Shown here piece after piece: positions 1 to 11,491 of a stretch of 64,000 nucleotides of DNA; positions within the stretch are counted from its first letter, which is position 1, and each line of letters starts with the position of its first letter. The notes beneath the pieces were generated by a model. The model was not told the origin of the DNA. It searched no databases and saw only the letters and a program-made list of their open reading frames with translations. The position numbers and the translations under genes were made by a program. Where the stretch lies: NCBI GenBank assembly GCA_035221665.1, contig CM069156.1, forward strand, positions 29,450,001-29,514,000, given 5' to 3'. Source of the DNA: Okamejei kenojei (lineage: Eukaryota).

Positions 1-349
1 AAAGAAAAAGTATCAAAAAAAAAAAGCAAAACAAAGTCTACACTGAGCATCCAGGTCCATCACTGGAACTCTGGCCCATTCCCACTCCAGTCTGCAATGC
101 TCCAACAATGTTCAACACAAACTCGCGGTGCAACATTTCATTTTGACTGGGTACAGCGCTACATTTCATATGAAGTGCGCAGGGTTTCACTTTTTTCCAC
201 ACCTGTGGCTTTCTCTTTGATTTAAATTAGATTTGTGTCCTTCACATGTTTTGACTATTGTCACTCTCCATCTTATCACAGACATACTCTGTTCCCTCTA
301 CCCTTTTCTCCTTTCTGTATTTAATATACCTTCTGAAAGGTCCTGAACT

Positions 350-619
350 TGATTGAAAGGTACAGCATTGATCACCTCTTCACACACTAATTCTATGCTA
401 TCCTACTTTCTCATACACTCCCTGCACCCAGGGGCATTTTGCAAAGGGCAATTAACTTAAAACTCCACATCTGTGGAAGGTAGGAGGGAACCAGAGCACC
501 TGGAAGAAACCCACGCAGTTACCAAGAAAACATGCAAACTCCACATATATAGCATCAGGGGTCAGGGTTAAACCACGGTCTCTGGCATTGTGAGCAAGCA
601 GCTCTGAGCTGTGCTGCCC
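350..619 (-). mobile_element. HE1-like V-SINE (further copies ~13830-14095 -, 24572-24782 -, 34560-34900 +, 42795-43068 -, 54480-54665 -)
   Basis: aaccagagcacctggaagaaacccac...catgcaaactccac...ggtctctggc...gctgtgctgccc. Confidence 0.75.
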
Positions 620-2129
620 AATAATGTCAACTTTGTTTCTCCATTGAAGCCGCCCAACCTGCTGAGTCCTTTTAACATTCTATATTGTTGCAGATTTCCA
701 GCACCTGCTGTTTTTTTGCTCCAGGATCTCGTCGTCCTGACAGGATGAATGTGGGGAAGAAGCTTTTCATAGAAGACTACAATTAAAATGTTAATTTTTC
801 TTTACCTTTCAGGAGGATCGTAAGTTTTTGAAATTCTTTCTCACAATGCAGTGGAAGCATGTCACTGATTTTTTTCAAAATGTGTGTAAAGATACGTGAA
901 AGACTCAAAAGTAAACAGAACTGTGGAGTTGATGATCCATCATCTTATTAAATGATAGAGCAGGCATGAGGGACTGAGTGGTCAAGTCTTGCTCCTGATT
1001 CTTATATTTATATCAGATGTTAAGTGACACTTTTCTCAGCTAGATGCAAAATATCTCATAGTGATAATTAAAAGCCATGGAATTCACTACACTGTCATCT
1101 AGCTATGTCAGTAAAAGAAAATACAAAACTTTGTTAACTGCCACTCTACCTTGTGGCTCTCTCAAATCCATACAAACACAATAATTAGGATAGAACAGTA
1201 GGGTAGTTCTGGTTACCACACTACAGCAAGGATGAAGACTTATTCTGAAGATGGGTGCCAATCTAAAACATCATCCATCCATGTTCTTCAGAAATGCTGC
1301 CTGACCTGCTGAATTACTCCAGCACTGTGTGTTTTGTAAAGTTGCATCTGCACTTCCATGTTTCTACATGATTCCATGATACTTCATGGACTTTTACATG
1401 ACAGCCTCTCTCCCTGTACATTATTTGTAGATAAAAGAACGAGATTGGATTGAGTTCAAGGCAAATGAAAAATATAGGGTTAAAACATTTCCACATTCCT
1501 GTAGGAGGGGCATTCTGACCACAAACAGGTATGGTACACACCATGTTTTGTTTAAGAGTGAAACCCAGGCATGATTTATAATTACATCCAAACGGTCCAA
1601 GTGCATAGTGACTAGGACCACACCAGCTATTAGAGCTCAATGCCTATAAAAATGTGCGGCCACATTACCTCAGGTCTGTAAGGAAACATCTGGCTCTACT
1701 GGTATATTTATCTGCAAATAGTTCCAAAGATTTCTGGAAGCCAGAACAAATTACTGATTTCCATCTCCATTTTGCGATTACAAGAGGCAGATGATTTCAG
1801 TGTTGTATTTCCATGCAAGCTCATGCTTTGAATTCAATGATTCAGGAGTAATGTGCTGTCAGAGTGCCATGTTGGCCAATGTTCTTGCCAAATTCTGCTC
1901 ACCTACATTATTGCTGTTTTGTGGGATTTCTGTGAAAAGTAACTGTTCATTTGCAAACACAAAACAATTTCCCCCACAAGCCACTGAGGAGTTCTCTGCG
2001 GACACAAAGCTTCACACAAATAAAACGTTTCCTTTCTTAAAACCCATTAACCCTTCATTTTGAGCTAAAATTGTTCCTAGGCCCACTGGAAATTATACCC
2101 ACCCCCTCCCAGAAACAGCAGACTCGTAA

Positions 2130-4775
2130 CAGTTTGTATCTTACAGTTTTATTAACAAAAGTGCAGAAATGTGATCATGTAAACACAATGGAGACAATAT
2201 TTAAAATGCAACAGTGAATACACATTACAAATAAAGCACAACAATTCTAACTGTACTTCACAGTACAAGGTACATCACATTTAGACAGGATGTTGACATG
2301 CTCAGGAGAAGCTGGGTCCACATTGAAAGTTCAAGACTACCAAATCAGTACTTTACTTTCTAATACATGGATAGACTGCCTGCAGTGGTTTAACAGACTT
2401 GTTGATAGAATTCTAAGTTCCATCAAATGGGGAGCATCCTCAAAGCACAGCATTGAAGAAATTCACAAAACCTAATATCTTCTAAAAGTACCCTTTAAAG
2501 CAAAAGAAAAAAGCTTGGCGAAGTTATATACATTGCAGGCACATAATAGTTGTGGGGGAAGCAGGAGAAAGGTGGACAGGGCTGTTGAATTGCAGAAAAA
2601 GGTAGCGTTGCTGGAGGAAGTTAATCACTGGTTACCCACACACTGTCTTTCAACAAAGAAAGGCTTGCAAAATACCAAAAAACCAAAGCAAGAACATTAA
2701 AAACACACCAGACCAGTAAGTAGAGATGAAAGGAAAGGGTCCCACAAAGAATCGTCTTTTGTGTTGTACACGTTGACCAACCTAACGGAAAAGGTTGGAA
2801 AGACTAGTTTCTTGTATCAGCACCCAATAAATATTGAATGTTTGACGTGACAATACAATTAAAGACTGATCTGCAGCAAAGATGTTGTAAACTATGAATT
2901 TAAAGAGGCCTACAAATTCTCCCAACTCAAAAATAAACCACAATCACAGAAGTTATAAGTGCTGCTTATATAAAGGATTTTGGGTGGGAGCATCAAGCAG
3001 ACCAGTAAGTAAAACCTGGGCAGGCATTTGCTGCTGATCGAAAGCCATGAGCTCTTAACTTTACTAATTGATTCAAATTTGGGGAATACTCAGAGGAAGG
3101 TATTGTTTGGCATCACTGGGGTGAATTTGCTAAAGGAATCCTGCAAAATCATGGGACCGACTGCACAGAAATTATTTGACAGAGAAAGTTAAAATAATGG
3201 TTCACAAAAAGCTGCTCAAAAGCAGGTTGAATAAATAAAAATGGACTTAATCTGGAAATAAATAATTTTATTGGGATGTTTTGCTTCAATCTTGTGCCAG
3301 AAATTATAACTGAAACAATCAAGTGTAAAATTGACCAAATTAACAAGTGCAGCTGCAAAACATACCCAACTTCGGTAGTCTGCTCTTTTTTTTGAGGACA
3401 TCAGTTTACTTGACGTAATAATACTACAGAGCAGTAGGCCACGGTTTTCCCTACTGGGCTTCACTCCACACAAATGATGAAAGTGGCGAACTAGAAGCCA
3501 AGTGTAGCAAGAGGTTTGAAATAAAAATATGTACAAAGCACCACCATGCATCACCACAAACAATCTGTTAATTTCATGTTAATGTTGAAGACAAGGCAGC
3601 AAACGAACTTGCCCACTGAACTCATATTCACTCTGTGCAGCTTTAGTGGGGTCAATGGGGCAGTACTTAAATACACCATTTAGTTCATGTTATAGCAATC
3701 GTACAACGTCACCCATGCTCAGATAACCTTGATAAAATACATATTAGGTCAAGGCCAGAAAGCAAAGATTTGACATGCATAGATCAGTTGGACTACTTTG
3801 GAGAATTTATTCAACTATTACATCCACCAAGTTTGAAGAATGAAATCCAGGGGTAGGGATAATACATAACACCTTACTGTACACACGTCTAATCATGAAT
3901 CTAATACAATCCAAGTTACAGCGCACACATAATGTTGACTCAGCTTTTACCAACCAATAATCCCACTTATTGTTTTGTTAGTCTGCTGCAGTCGATCAGT
4001 CCATAACACAGGGCACAAAATCATCAGTAGTAAAACACCATTGTCTAGAACAAGCAAGTTTTCCTCTTGGGTACACAAGAGCAAGGCTTGCCGATTACCC
4101 TTTGGCAAATTCACAATTTCAGCTACTACTCACAACCGCTACCAACCCACCATTCACTCATCTATCCCAGCTCAGCCTGGCCAAGTGCCAACATGGATCA
4201 CTGCTCAGCTTCTACAAATCAGGGGCAATTTAGAAGAGGGCAGGGTCTGCACATACGTTTGTATCAATGGCTCTGGGATATACAGACACAAAAGCACAGA
4301 TTGAAGAGGACGTGACCTTAAACAACTTTGTTCTCAAAAAACAAACCAAAGCTTCATGAAATGTAACTCGCAAGTTGCTTGAAAAAGGTTTCAGAAGGAA
4401 TGTTAGGGCAGAACAGCTGACTGCAGCCCTGCAAAAACTCAAGGCTGAATATAAATCAATGATCTTAAGAAGATATCATTAAAGCCAGGATGGGCTACAC
4501 AGAAGAGGTTTCTAAATGTATAACAAAGTACTGGGTGATGTGATTAACTTTGCCCCATTGAAGAAAATAAAAGTCAGTGCAATGTTTACTGGGATCAGCA
4601 CACAGCTGGTATAGTAGTGTATGAGTGACAGACGAGCATCAGTTTCACAAAGGACGTTACAGGTTATTTCCTTTAACCTACTATTAAAGATGGAAAAATC
4701 TTTAGCAGGTCCCCATTCTCTTCCCACGTCTCCGCTGCAATTTGGATACAAAATATTTTCCAAGGTCCTTATGAT
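2130..4775 (-). other. TRIM37: Probable TRIM37 terminal exon (last codons + ~2.6 kb 3' UTR)
   Basis: Strong acceptor tgttctttttctccacag|ATCATAA at 4775. Splicing from exon 24 gives CG|A TCA TAA. No recognisable TE over the span, unlike the flanks. Minus-strand AATAAA at 3806-3811, 3267-3272 and 2148-2153. Pumilio-type TGTANATA at 3528-3535 and 2525-2532. Confidence 0.65.
2148..2153 (-). terminator. Candidate distal polyadenylation signal AATAAA
   Basis: tttatt on +. It is followed on the minus strand by GT-rich ...gtctgctgtttctg and lies at the end of the TE-free block. Confidence 0.55.
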
Positions 4776-5086
4776 CTGTGGAGAAAAAGAACAAACATCT
4801 CTCATGGAACATTTAGTGGTTGGATTAAGTAGCCCACTTTACTTCCTGCCCCATTGAAAGGGCCGTCACCACAGCTGTACAGTAATTGTCACTGCATAAG
4901 TGCCCAATCCGTCACACATACTGACCTCCCCACCAGCAAAAGGGATCTATAGGGGGCATTGCCTCAAAAAGGAAATCAGTATCAGAGACCCATAACACCC
5001 TCATTTCACTTCTACCATTGGGAAGAAGGTATAAAAGCATAAAAACCGACTAGCAGGTTTCAGGAATAACTTCTCAAATACCATTG

Positions 5087-5322
5087 AGTTCACTCAGAGA
5101 GTTGTGAATCTGTGGAATTCTCTGCCTCAGAATGCAGTGGAGGCTAATTCTCTGGATGCTTTCAAGAGAGAGTTAGATGAAGCTCTTAAAGATAGCGGAG
5201 TCAAGGGAAATGGGGAGAAGGCAGGAACGGGGTACTGATTGTGGATGATCAGCCATGATCACAGTGAATGCCGGTGCCGGCTCGAAGGGCCGAATGGCCT
5301 ACTCCTGCACCTATTGCCTATT
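5087..5322 (+). mobile_element. CR1-type LINE 3' end
   Basis: ttcactcagagagttgtgaatctgtggaattctctgcc...gggccgaatggcctactcctgcacctattgcctatt; same family as the copies at 51961-52783. Confidence 0.85.
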
Positions 5323-6095
5323 AAACACTATATACACTATAATCTTTGGTTGCACTAAGGACTTTGGAGTTTTGGGGTTATCAATTTATTGCTTATTATA
5401 TATTACTTATGCGTATTGCGTTTACAGGCCTGTTGTGCTGCTGCAAGAACTTCATTGTTTAAGGTTGTCGGCACATATCATAATAAACACTTGACAATTC
5501 AACCTCCACTTCTGTTCCCCCTCTGCAAAGCAGCTCTGAGCCTCCATGGTTGCCTTACTGCTGCAGATCCCCAGGTCATGCCCTTGAACATTAAGCGAAT
5601 GTTACAAATCGCCAAGCATTTACCCAAAAATTGAACACCAAAAGAGCCAAATGCAGCAGGTCACAAACTAATGTCCACAGAATTGGCTCTTTTTTAATGT
5701 AATAAATAACATTGTCCAAGTTTACACACACTTTGGGCCAGATACAATAGTGTGAAACATCCATGGAACAGGATCTCAGCAAGTACAGAGTTTCTTCAGA
5801 GGTGGGACGTGCAAATCAGCTTTCACATTTGCCTACATTAATACTGAATGTGCTTTCCAAACAATAGACTGCAAAATAATTTGCATGTATAAAGTGAATC
5901 CCCCACAGGAGTGTATTCAGAATAAAATGGCTATTGAGCTAAGAGAAAAACAAAAACTTGTTTTAGGTTACAGTCATTTGACCTTCTGGGTCCATGCCAG
6001 ATCCCAGTGGAGTAGTTTTCTTATAGCACCTTTCACAACCTTAACACATTATACAGCCTTTGAAGTATTTCTGAAGGGTAGCCACTGATGCAATC

Positions 6096-6098
<3 letters not shown>

Positions 6099-6127
<29 letters not shown>
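6099..6127. repeat. (GA)n microsatellite
   Basis: gagagaga... run seen directly. Confidence 0.95.
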
Positions 6128-6130
<3 letters not shown>

Positions 6131-8073
6131 GATTTCAAGGAACCTTACAGAGACTGATGTTATATGGGAATCTTGTGGGATAAACTCAAAGTATGTTAAA
6201 ACTGGTATGAAGGAGAAAAAAAAAATCAAGTCAGAGAGGGCTAGCAGTAAATTACAGGGAAAATGAATGGGACTGAGAATTTTATAAACATCGAATTAGC
6301 AGAATGGAATTCACTATAGGCCAATAAATAAAGGGATGGCACGAGTAGGATTTGGCGAGTTATGATAAACGGCAGCAGAGTTACACGACTTCAGGCTTGA
6401 GAGGCTGGCCAGACCCCAAGGGGCACTGATGAGGGTTTCAGCATCAGATACAAGGAGCAGGGATACAGCTGGGTTACATCACTGGGTAGGTAATTGAAGC
6501 CCAGATCCTGCTCAAACAGGAGAGCATGGTTGTGAACCAATTTGATCCAACTTTGTTGGAGCAGCATGAAAAGTGTGTGGCAGTGGCTTTAATTCGTGTT
6601 TAAATGAAGGAGATTTTGAAACATTCAAAACCAAGGTTGACAAATAAAAGCCTCTAGAAACTGCGGAAAAAGTCTGTTTGGAATCTTGAGCATAATCAGA
6701 GTGCTGGAGGAACACAGTGGGTCAGGAATCTGGAGGGTCTGGACAGGCTATGCTTCAGATTGGGGCTCAAGTCTGGGACAAGGGAAGGGACTATATATTA
6801 TCAGCATGAGGAGTTTTCTGATGATGCTGCCAAAGAGGAAGCATGTTAATGGGAAATGAGAAGGCAGCAATGCTAGGGCCTGGGCAGATACTGCAGGAGT
6901 GGGAAGGGAACCATTGCTGAAGATTCACTGACAATGAACAACTAAATAAGAACGAGAGCAGTTCTGAAGAAAGCTGTACACTCAAAATGTTTCTCCCTCT
7001 ACAGATGCTGCCTGACTTGCTGAATATATTCTATTTTAATTTCAGATAAGATAGAGCTTGTATGGACAGTACATACGCAAGCTGGAAGATGAGCTGCATG
7101 TCAGGAGAGCAATGTCAAGTCGAGAGGCAATGAGAGCATGGACTCACACATTGCCACTCAGCTGAAAGACATTGATCCAACTAACAGAAAAGCAGGGAAC
7201 AGGGAAATATACGCCTCCATCATATTTGCAGGTAGATTATGCTATTTGGATGAGGCCCATTTCCATACCGTAGCTGGGTAAAAACCATGCTGAAGTGATT
7301 TAAACCCACTATTCTAAGAAATATTGGTCAATTTAGGAGGTTACAACAAATTCAAGGATCTGAGGCTGTTGTTTGAGGAAGAGGATGGAAAGGGCAGATA
7401 CCAAAGTGAGAGCCACAGGAAAACAGAAAAGGGAACCACAAACATCAGCTAGCATGGGGACATTTTCATTGGTGGGTGACTACAGGAAAGGTTGACAGGT
7501 GATCAATAGTTTTGTGACAAAGGAAAGTGGGATCTCACCCGATAGGTGAATAATCTCAAACTTGGTGACTGATGCTCATAAGGTTTTCTCGTTTCGGAGT
7601 TGAGGATGCAAGGGGTGTAAAAGAACTACATACAGGGACAAAAAAAGATGGTTATCTTTCCACCATTTCAAGGTTATGATGGATCGTGTGCAATTGTTTA
7701 GCTTGAGTGCAAGAACTTGTTTGGAAAGACCTGGCTACGCAACACAAGTGCTTGAATGCGAGTTTGTTGGTGTTAAAAAGCATTATGATGGGGTATTTAC
7801 CAAGGGCAACAACTGGTAAAGGAGAGCTTAAGGACTTGACTGAAGACAAGACAAAGCCCAAGGCCAAAAGTCACACCATCCAGACTACAAGCAGTGCGCT
7901 CGCTGCATGTGAAAGTGCTATCAAAATGTCTTGACTCAAGACTTGAGGGAGCAGTTTTCTCCACTTTTTAAATGCATTTCTAAATGTTACAAAAACATTA
8001 CAAAATCTTTTTTCAGCATGTTGGGTGGTGTTGGGCAGTACAGGAGCTTAAAATAATCATGAGGAGCTGACAC

Positions 8074-8132
8074 TTACCGCTCCTTTTTTTCTCCAATGAC
8101 AAAATTGGCACTTTCAGAAATACCCAAGTCAC
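8074..8132 (-). CDS. TRIM37: TRIM37 exon ~24 (donor after 8078; unspliced read-through gives CGG TAA)
   Basis: ttttttttctttaaccag|GTGACTTG...GAGCG|gtaagt; (G)DLGISESANFVIGEKKE(R). Strong splice sites, correct phase, stop codon overlapping the donor. Confidence 0.8.
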
Positions 8133-8579
8133 CTGGTTAAAGAAAAAAAATCTCAATTTTCTTCCGGAGACACAAACTTCACCATTCATCAGGCAGGCAG
8201 ACAGAGGAAAGTGGGTCATGAGCACTCCTGTGGCTCGAAAAGGTCAGAACAATTTGGAGGCACATCCCATGGGAGCAAGGACACTGCTAGAGACACTCAC
8301 TGCTCACACAGTAACAGCAGCCTCTGTTCCCACTTTCTTACATTTACACAAAATGCTGAATCGGTCAGCAGAAAACATTAAATGCCCCTCCTGTTTCAAT
8401 CAGCCTTTTACTTCTGTACAGCTGTCAAGTAACCAGGACAGCAGCTTCCCAGCAAATTGTGCAAAATGACTCCAGTAAATACGCCTTTTATAACATCTTC
8501 CCATGCTAAGCAGAGCTGCTGCAGGTCTGTTGGGAAGCAGTCTGCATGTTTAACGAAAGATCAGGATAACAATCACTCC

Positions 8580-9150
8580 CCTCCATCAGCCTGAGAGCAT
8601 GAATTGATTAGGATTTTCATGTATCAAAGTAGCTTCTGCATCAGTATTGACCAACGCCTTTTCCCTCTGTACATTTCCTCCTCTACCAGAAGGTCAACCA
8701 GTAATGTTTTCTCAGATAATACACATGGGATGGGGATTGCTTACACTTGAGCCTTGGAGCCCCAGCCCCATCCCCAGTCTAAAGGAACAGACACTCTACA
8801 ATGGATCAAGCTCTTTCAGATTGGGGTAGAGCTGGACCACAGGGACGTGCAGAGGGCTTCACTGCCTCCTCCTACTATTTTGCTTTTTCTGACTGTGGCC
8901 TGTCCCACAACAATGATTCCAAAGGGGGTAAAAGACCAGTCAGAAGGCCATCAATCTTACCTTTTTCCATCCCAGCTTTTAACAGAGTTCCTAGCAAGCC
9001 TCTGTTTCTACTGATTTGCCCTAATTTTCCTTTTATTTTCAGTCTTGCTTTGCCCAGATTTAATTTAGCTGGATTTAGTTTGGCTGCTTTAATCTTCCAT
9101 CTAATAAGCATGGTCGAACCTACTCTGGCCTTTTGATGGCCATTCCTTCA
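8580..9150 (-). mobile_element. Degenerate retroviral-like gag-protease relic
   Basis: LLKAGMEKGKIDGLLTGLL, then KPSA / QLYPNLKEL, then GGNVQREKALVNTDAEATLIHENPNQF (decayed LVDTGA aspartic-protease motif at 8631-8657). Confidence 0.6.
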
Positions 9151-10784
9151 GTTAAGGCAGAGCAGGACACTAGCCTCCAGGATCTTCCAACACTTTGTAT
9201 CCTATTGCGGACATTCTCTCAGCACTGTGGGGTGCGCTGGTCGATGAGGTGTCAGTCAAGTGAACTGCTTAATCCTGATCGTGTTTGACCTTTTTGAATA
9301 TTGCTTGAGCTGCATTCATCTGGAGAAATAGTATTATATTGCACAGAAGGTGGGTAGGCGTTTTGGAGATACACCACTCTGCATGAAGAAGTTTTTCCTG
9401 CTCATCCTAATCAATCTACTCGATATTTTGATACCATGGCTCCCTATTTATTAGGTCTTCAGCCATGCATTAGGAAGTATCCTGCCTTTATATCTCTTGT
9501 TGAGCCTTTTAACAATTCTGTACGTTTTAGCAATACTACCATGCATTTTTCCAAGCTCTGAGAAATTAAGGTCTAGCCTCCTCAGTCGATAAGCCCACCA
9601 TTTTAGGGAACTAAGCTAGTGAATCTATGCAACACTCTCTCTGTAGCAGATATAATTTTTAAGCAGGGGTCAGAGCTGAACGTAATCTACCACTGCATCT
9701 TATTTTCTGAATAACTGCAAATTGATGTGGATATGACGATCATGGCACATTCTGTCCTTATTACAGGGCATTGAACTTTGTTTTCAATGATATTCTGGAG
9801 ACAAGATGACCAATCTCCAACGATTTTCATTTATGCCAAGTAAGACTCCAACTACCCGCCCCCACCCCCCACTCCATCCCACCCTCCCTCCAATTCCCAC
9901 TGACTTCAATTTTACCAAGACACTTTGCTATCAAACTTGCACAGCAATTCGCAGCTTGCTTCTGGAATCCACCTTCTGGTCCCTGGATAAATTGAGCCAT
10001 CTTGGCAAAACCCAAACAATTGCATTAGAGAGCAATTTATTAGCAAGTGCACCCTGACAGCAATGTTAACATCCATCACTTTACTGATGGAGAGCAAAGA
10101 AGCAAGCTGGACTTGATTTATTCTGCTTTTTGTGGAGTAATTCACCTTGACAATTTTCTAGATTGGTGCACAAATGTCAGTGTTGTAATTAAACTATACC
10201 AGCATGGCTAGAGACTTGGCTCCAAAGAGCAAAGCTTTGAAACTAGACAAAATGGTAGGTCACAGAATCAGAGTCATACAGCACGGAAATAGGCCTGTCG
10301 GCCCAACTCATCGATGCCTACCAAGATGTCTAAACCCATGTTCCTCTTAACATTATCCATCCATGTACCCAAGTGCTTATTAAACATTGCTCTACTTCAG
10401 CTTCCTCTGCAAGCTCATTCCATCTATACACTGCGCCATGTGAAAAGGTTACCCTTAAGGTTCTTTTTAAATCTCTCCCCTCAAATCTATGACCTATAAT
10501 TTGTAGACGTTGGGTCACTTAGTTTTGCCGCTTGGTTCACATGGAGAACCATGTTGCAATTTTAAAGATTCAAGGGACTGGAAATGCTGGAATCTTGTGT
10601 AAAAGAGAGTTCTGGACGAACTCTAAATCAGGCAGAAATGTCTGTATCCATCCATAGATGCTGCATGACCTACAATGTTCCTTCAGCACTTTTTTTTTGT
10701 TGCTCATTTTGCAGATTCAGGCAGTCACCACACCTCCTTTTAAAGAGTGATGCTCTATTTTCATTGATATGACTGTCCTAATAT

Positions 10785-10818
<34 letters not shown>
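10785..10818. repeat. Poly-G tract (34 nt)
   Basis: Uninterrupted G run. Confidence 0.9.
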
Positions 10819-10819
<1 letters not shown>

Positions 10820-11347
10820 ATTACTGCACACTGCCCTGTTGTTAACATTGAAAGGCAACTAGAAATCCACAGTGAAAAGTAATCAAGTTCAATCCAGTGC
10901 AGAAGCCTCCGAGCAGTTTGGGTCACACTCCCACAATACTATAATCTATCTGTTCTCATTACTGCTACCAACTGACCTTCGTGCACATTCAAAATGTAGA
11001 AACAAGGAACCACAGACGCTGGCTTACGCAAAAGGACATAAAGTGCTTGAGCAACTCAGCAGGTCAGGCAGCATCTATGGAGACAAACTGCTGCAGTAAC
11101 TAAGCAGGTCCAGAGATGTTGCCTGACCCACTGAGTTACTACAGCACTTTGTGTCCATATGTGCAACATTTCTTGTATTAATCCCACTTTCTTGCTCATG
11201 CACACAACCAGAGCGAGCCATATTCCCAATTATTTCAATGTGCAAACTTAAAAAGATAATTGAAGGGTAATTAAAAAAGGTTATTTATTGACTGTGTCCT
11301 TTCAAGAATGAAAATCAAGATTCCAGTGTGTAACTCTGCTTCCATAC

Positions 11348-11491
11348 CTTCAGAGCTCTGAACTGCAGCGTTATGAGTCACCACCTCTGTGGATATGCTT
11401 TCTTCCTGCTCATTCTCAGTATCACATTCGCTCTCACTATCAGTACTCATTCCAGGTAATAAACGAAGGATTGTCTTCTGAAGAGACATAA
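11348..11491 (-). CDS. TRIM37: TRIM37 exon ~23 (acceptor position uncertain)
   Basis: ttttttttcccccag|TTATG...GAAG|gtatgg; 144 nt; (V)MSLQKTILRLLPGMSTDSESECDTENEQEESISTEVVTHNAAVQSSE. Confidence 0.85.

Noticed and set aside
1-2100. PPM1E or another neighbouring gene at the left edge
   Set aside because: No recognisable coding exon; only SINE, LINE and Penelope debris and unassignable sequence.
10785-10818. Poly-G as a functional G-quadruplex or poly-Pro ORF
   Set aside because: A simple homopolymer of unreliable length. The transcript strand would be poly-C, and there is no exon context.
11271-11347. Read-through of exon 23 to the stop at 11271 as the true C-terminus
   Set aside because: A good donor (GAAG|gtatgg) and a well-formed in-phase exon at 8078-8132 exist. 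Retention remains possible but is unsupported.
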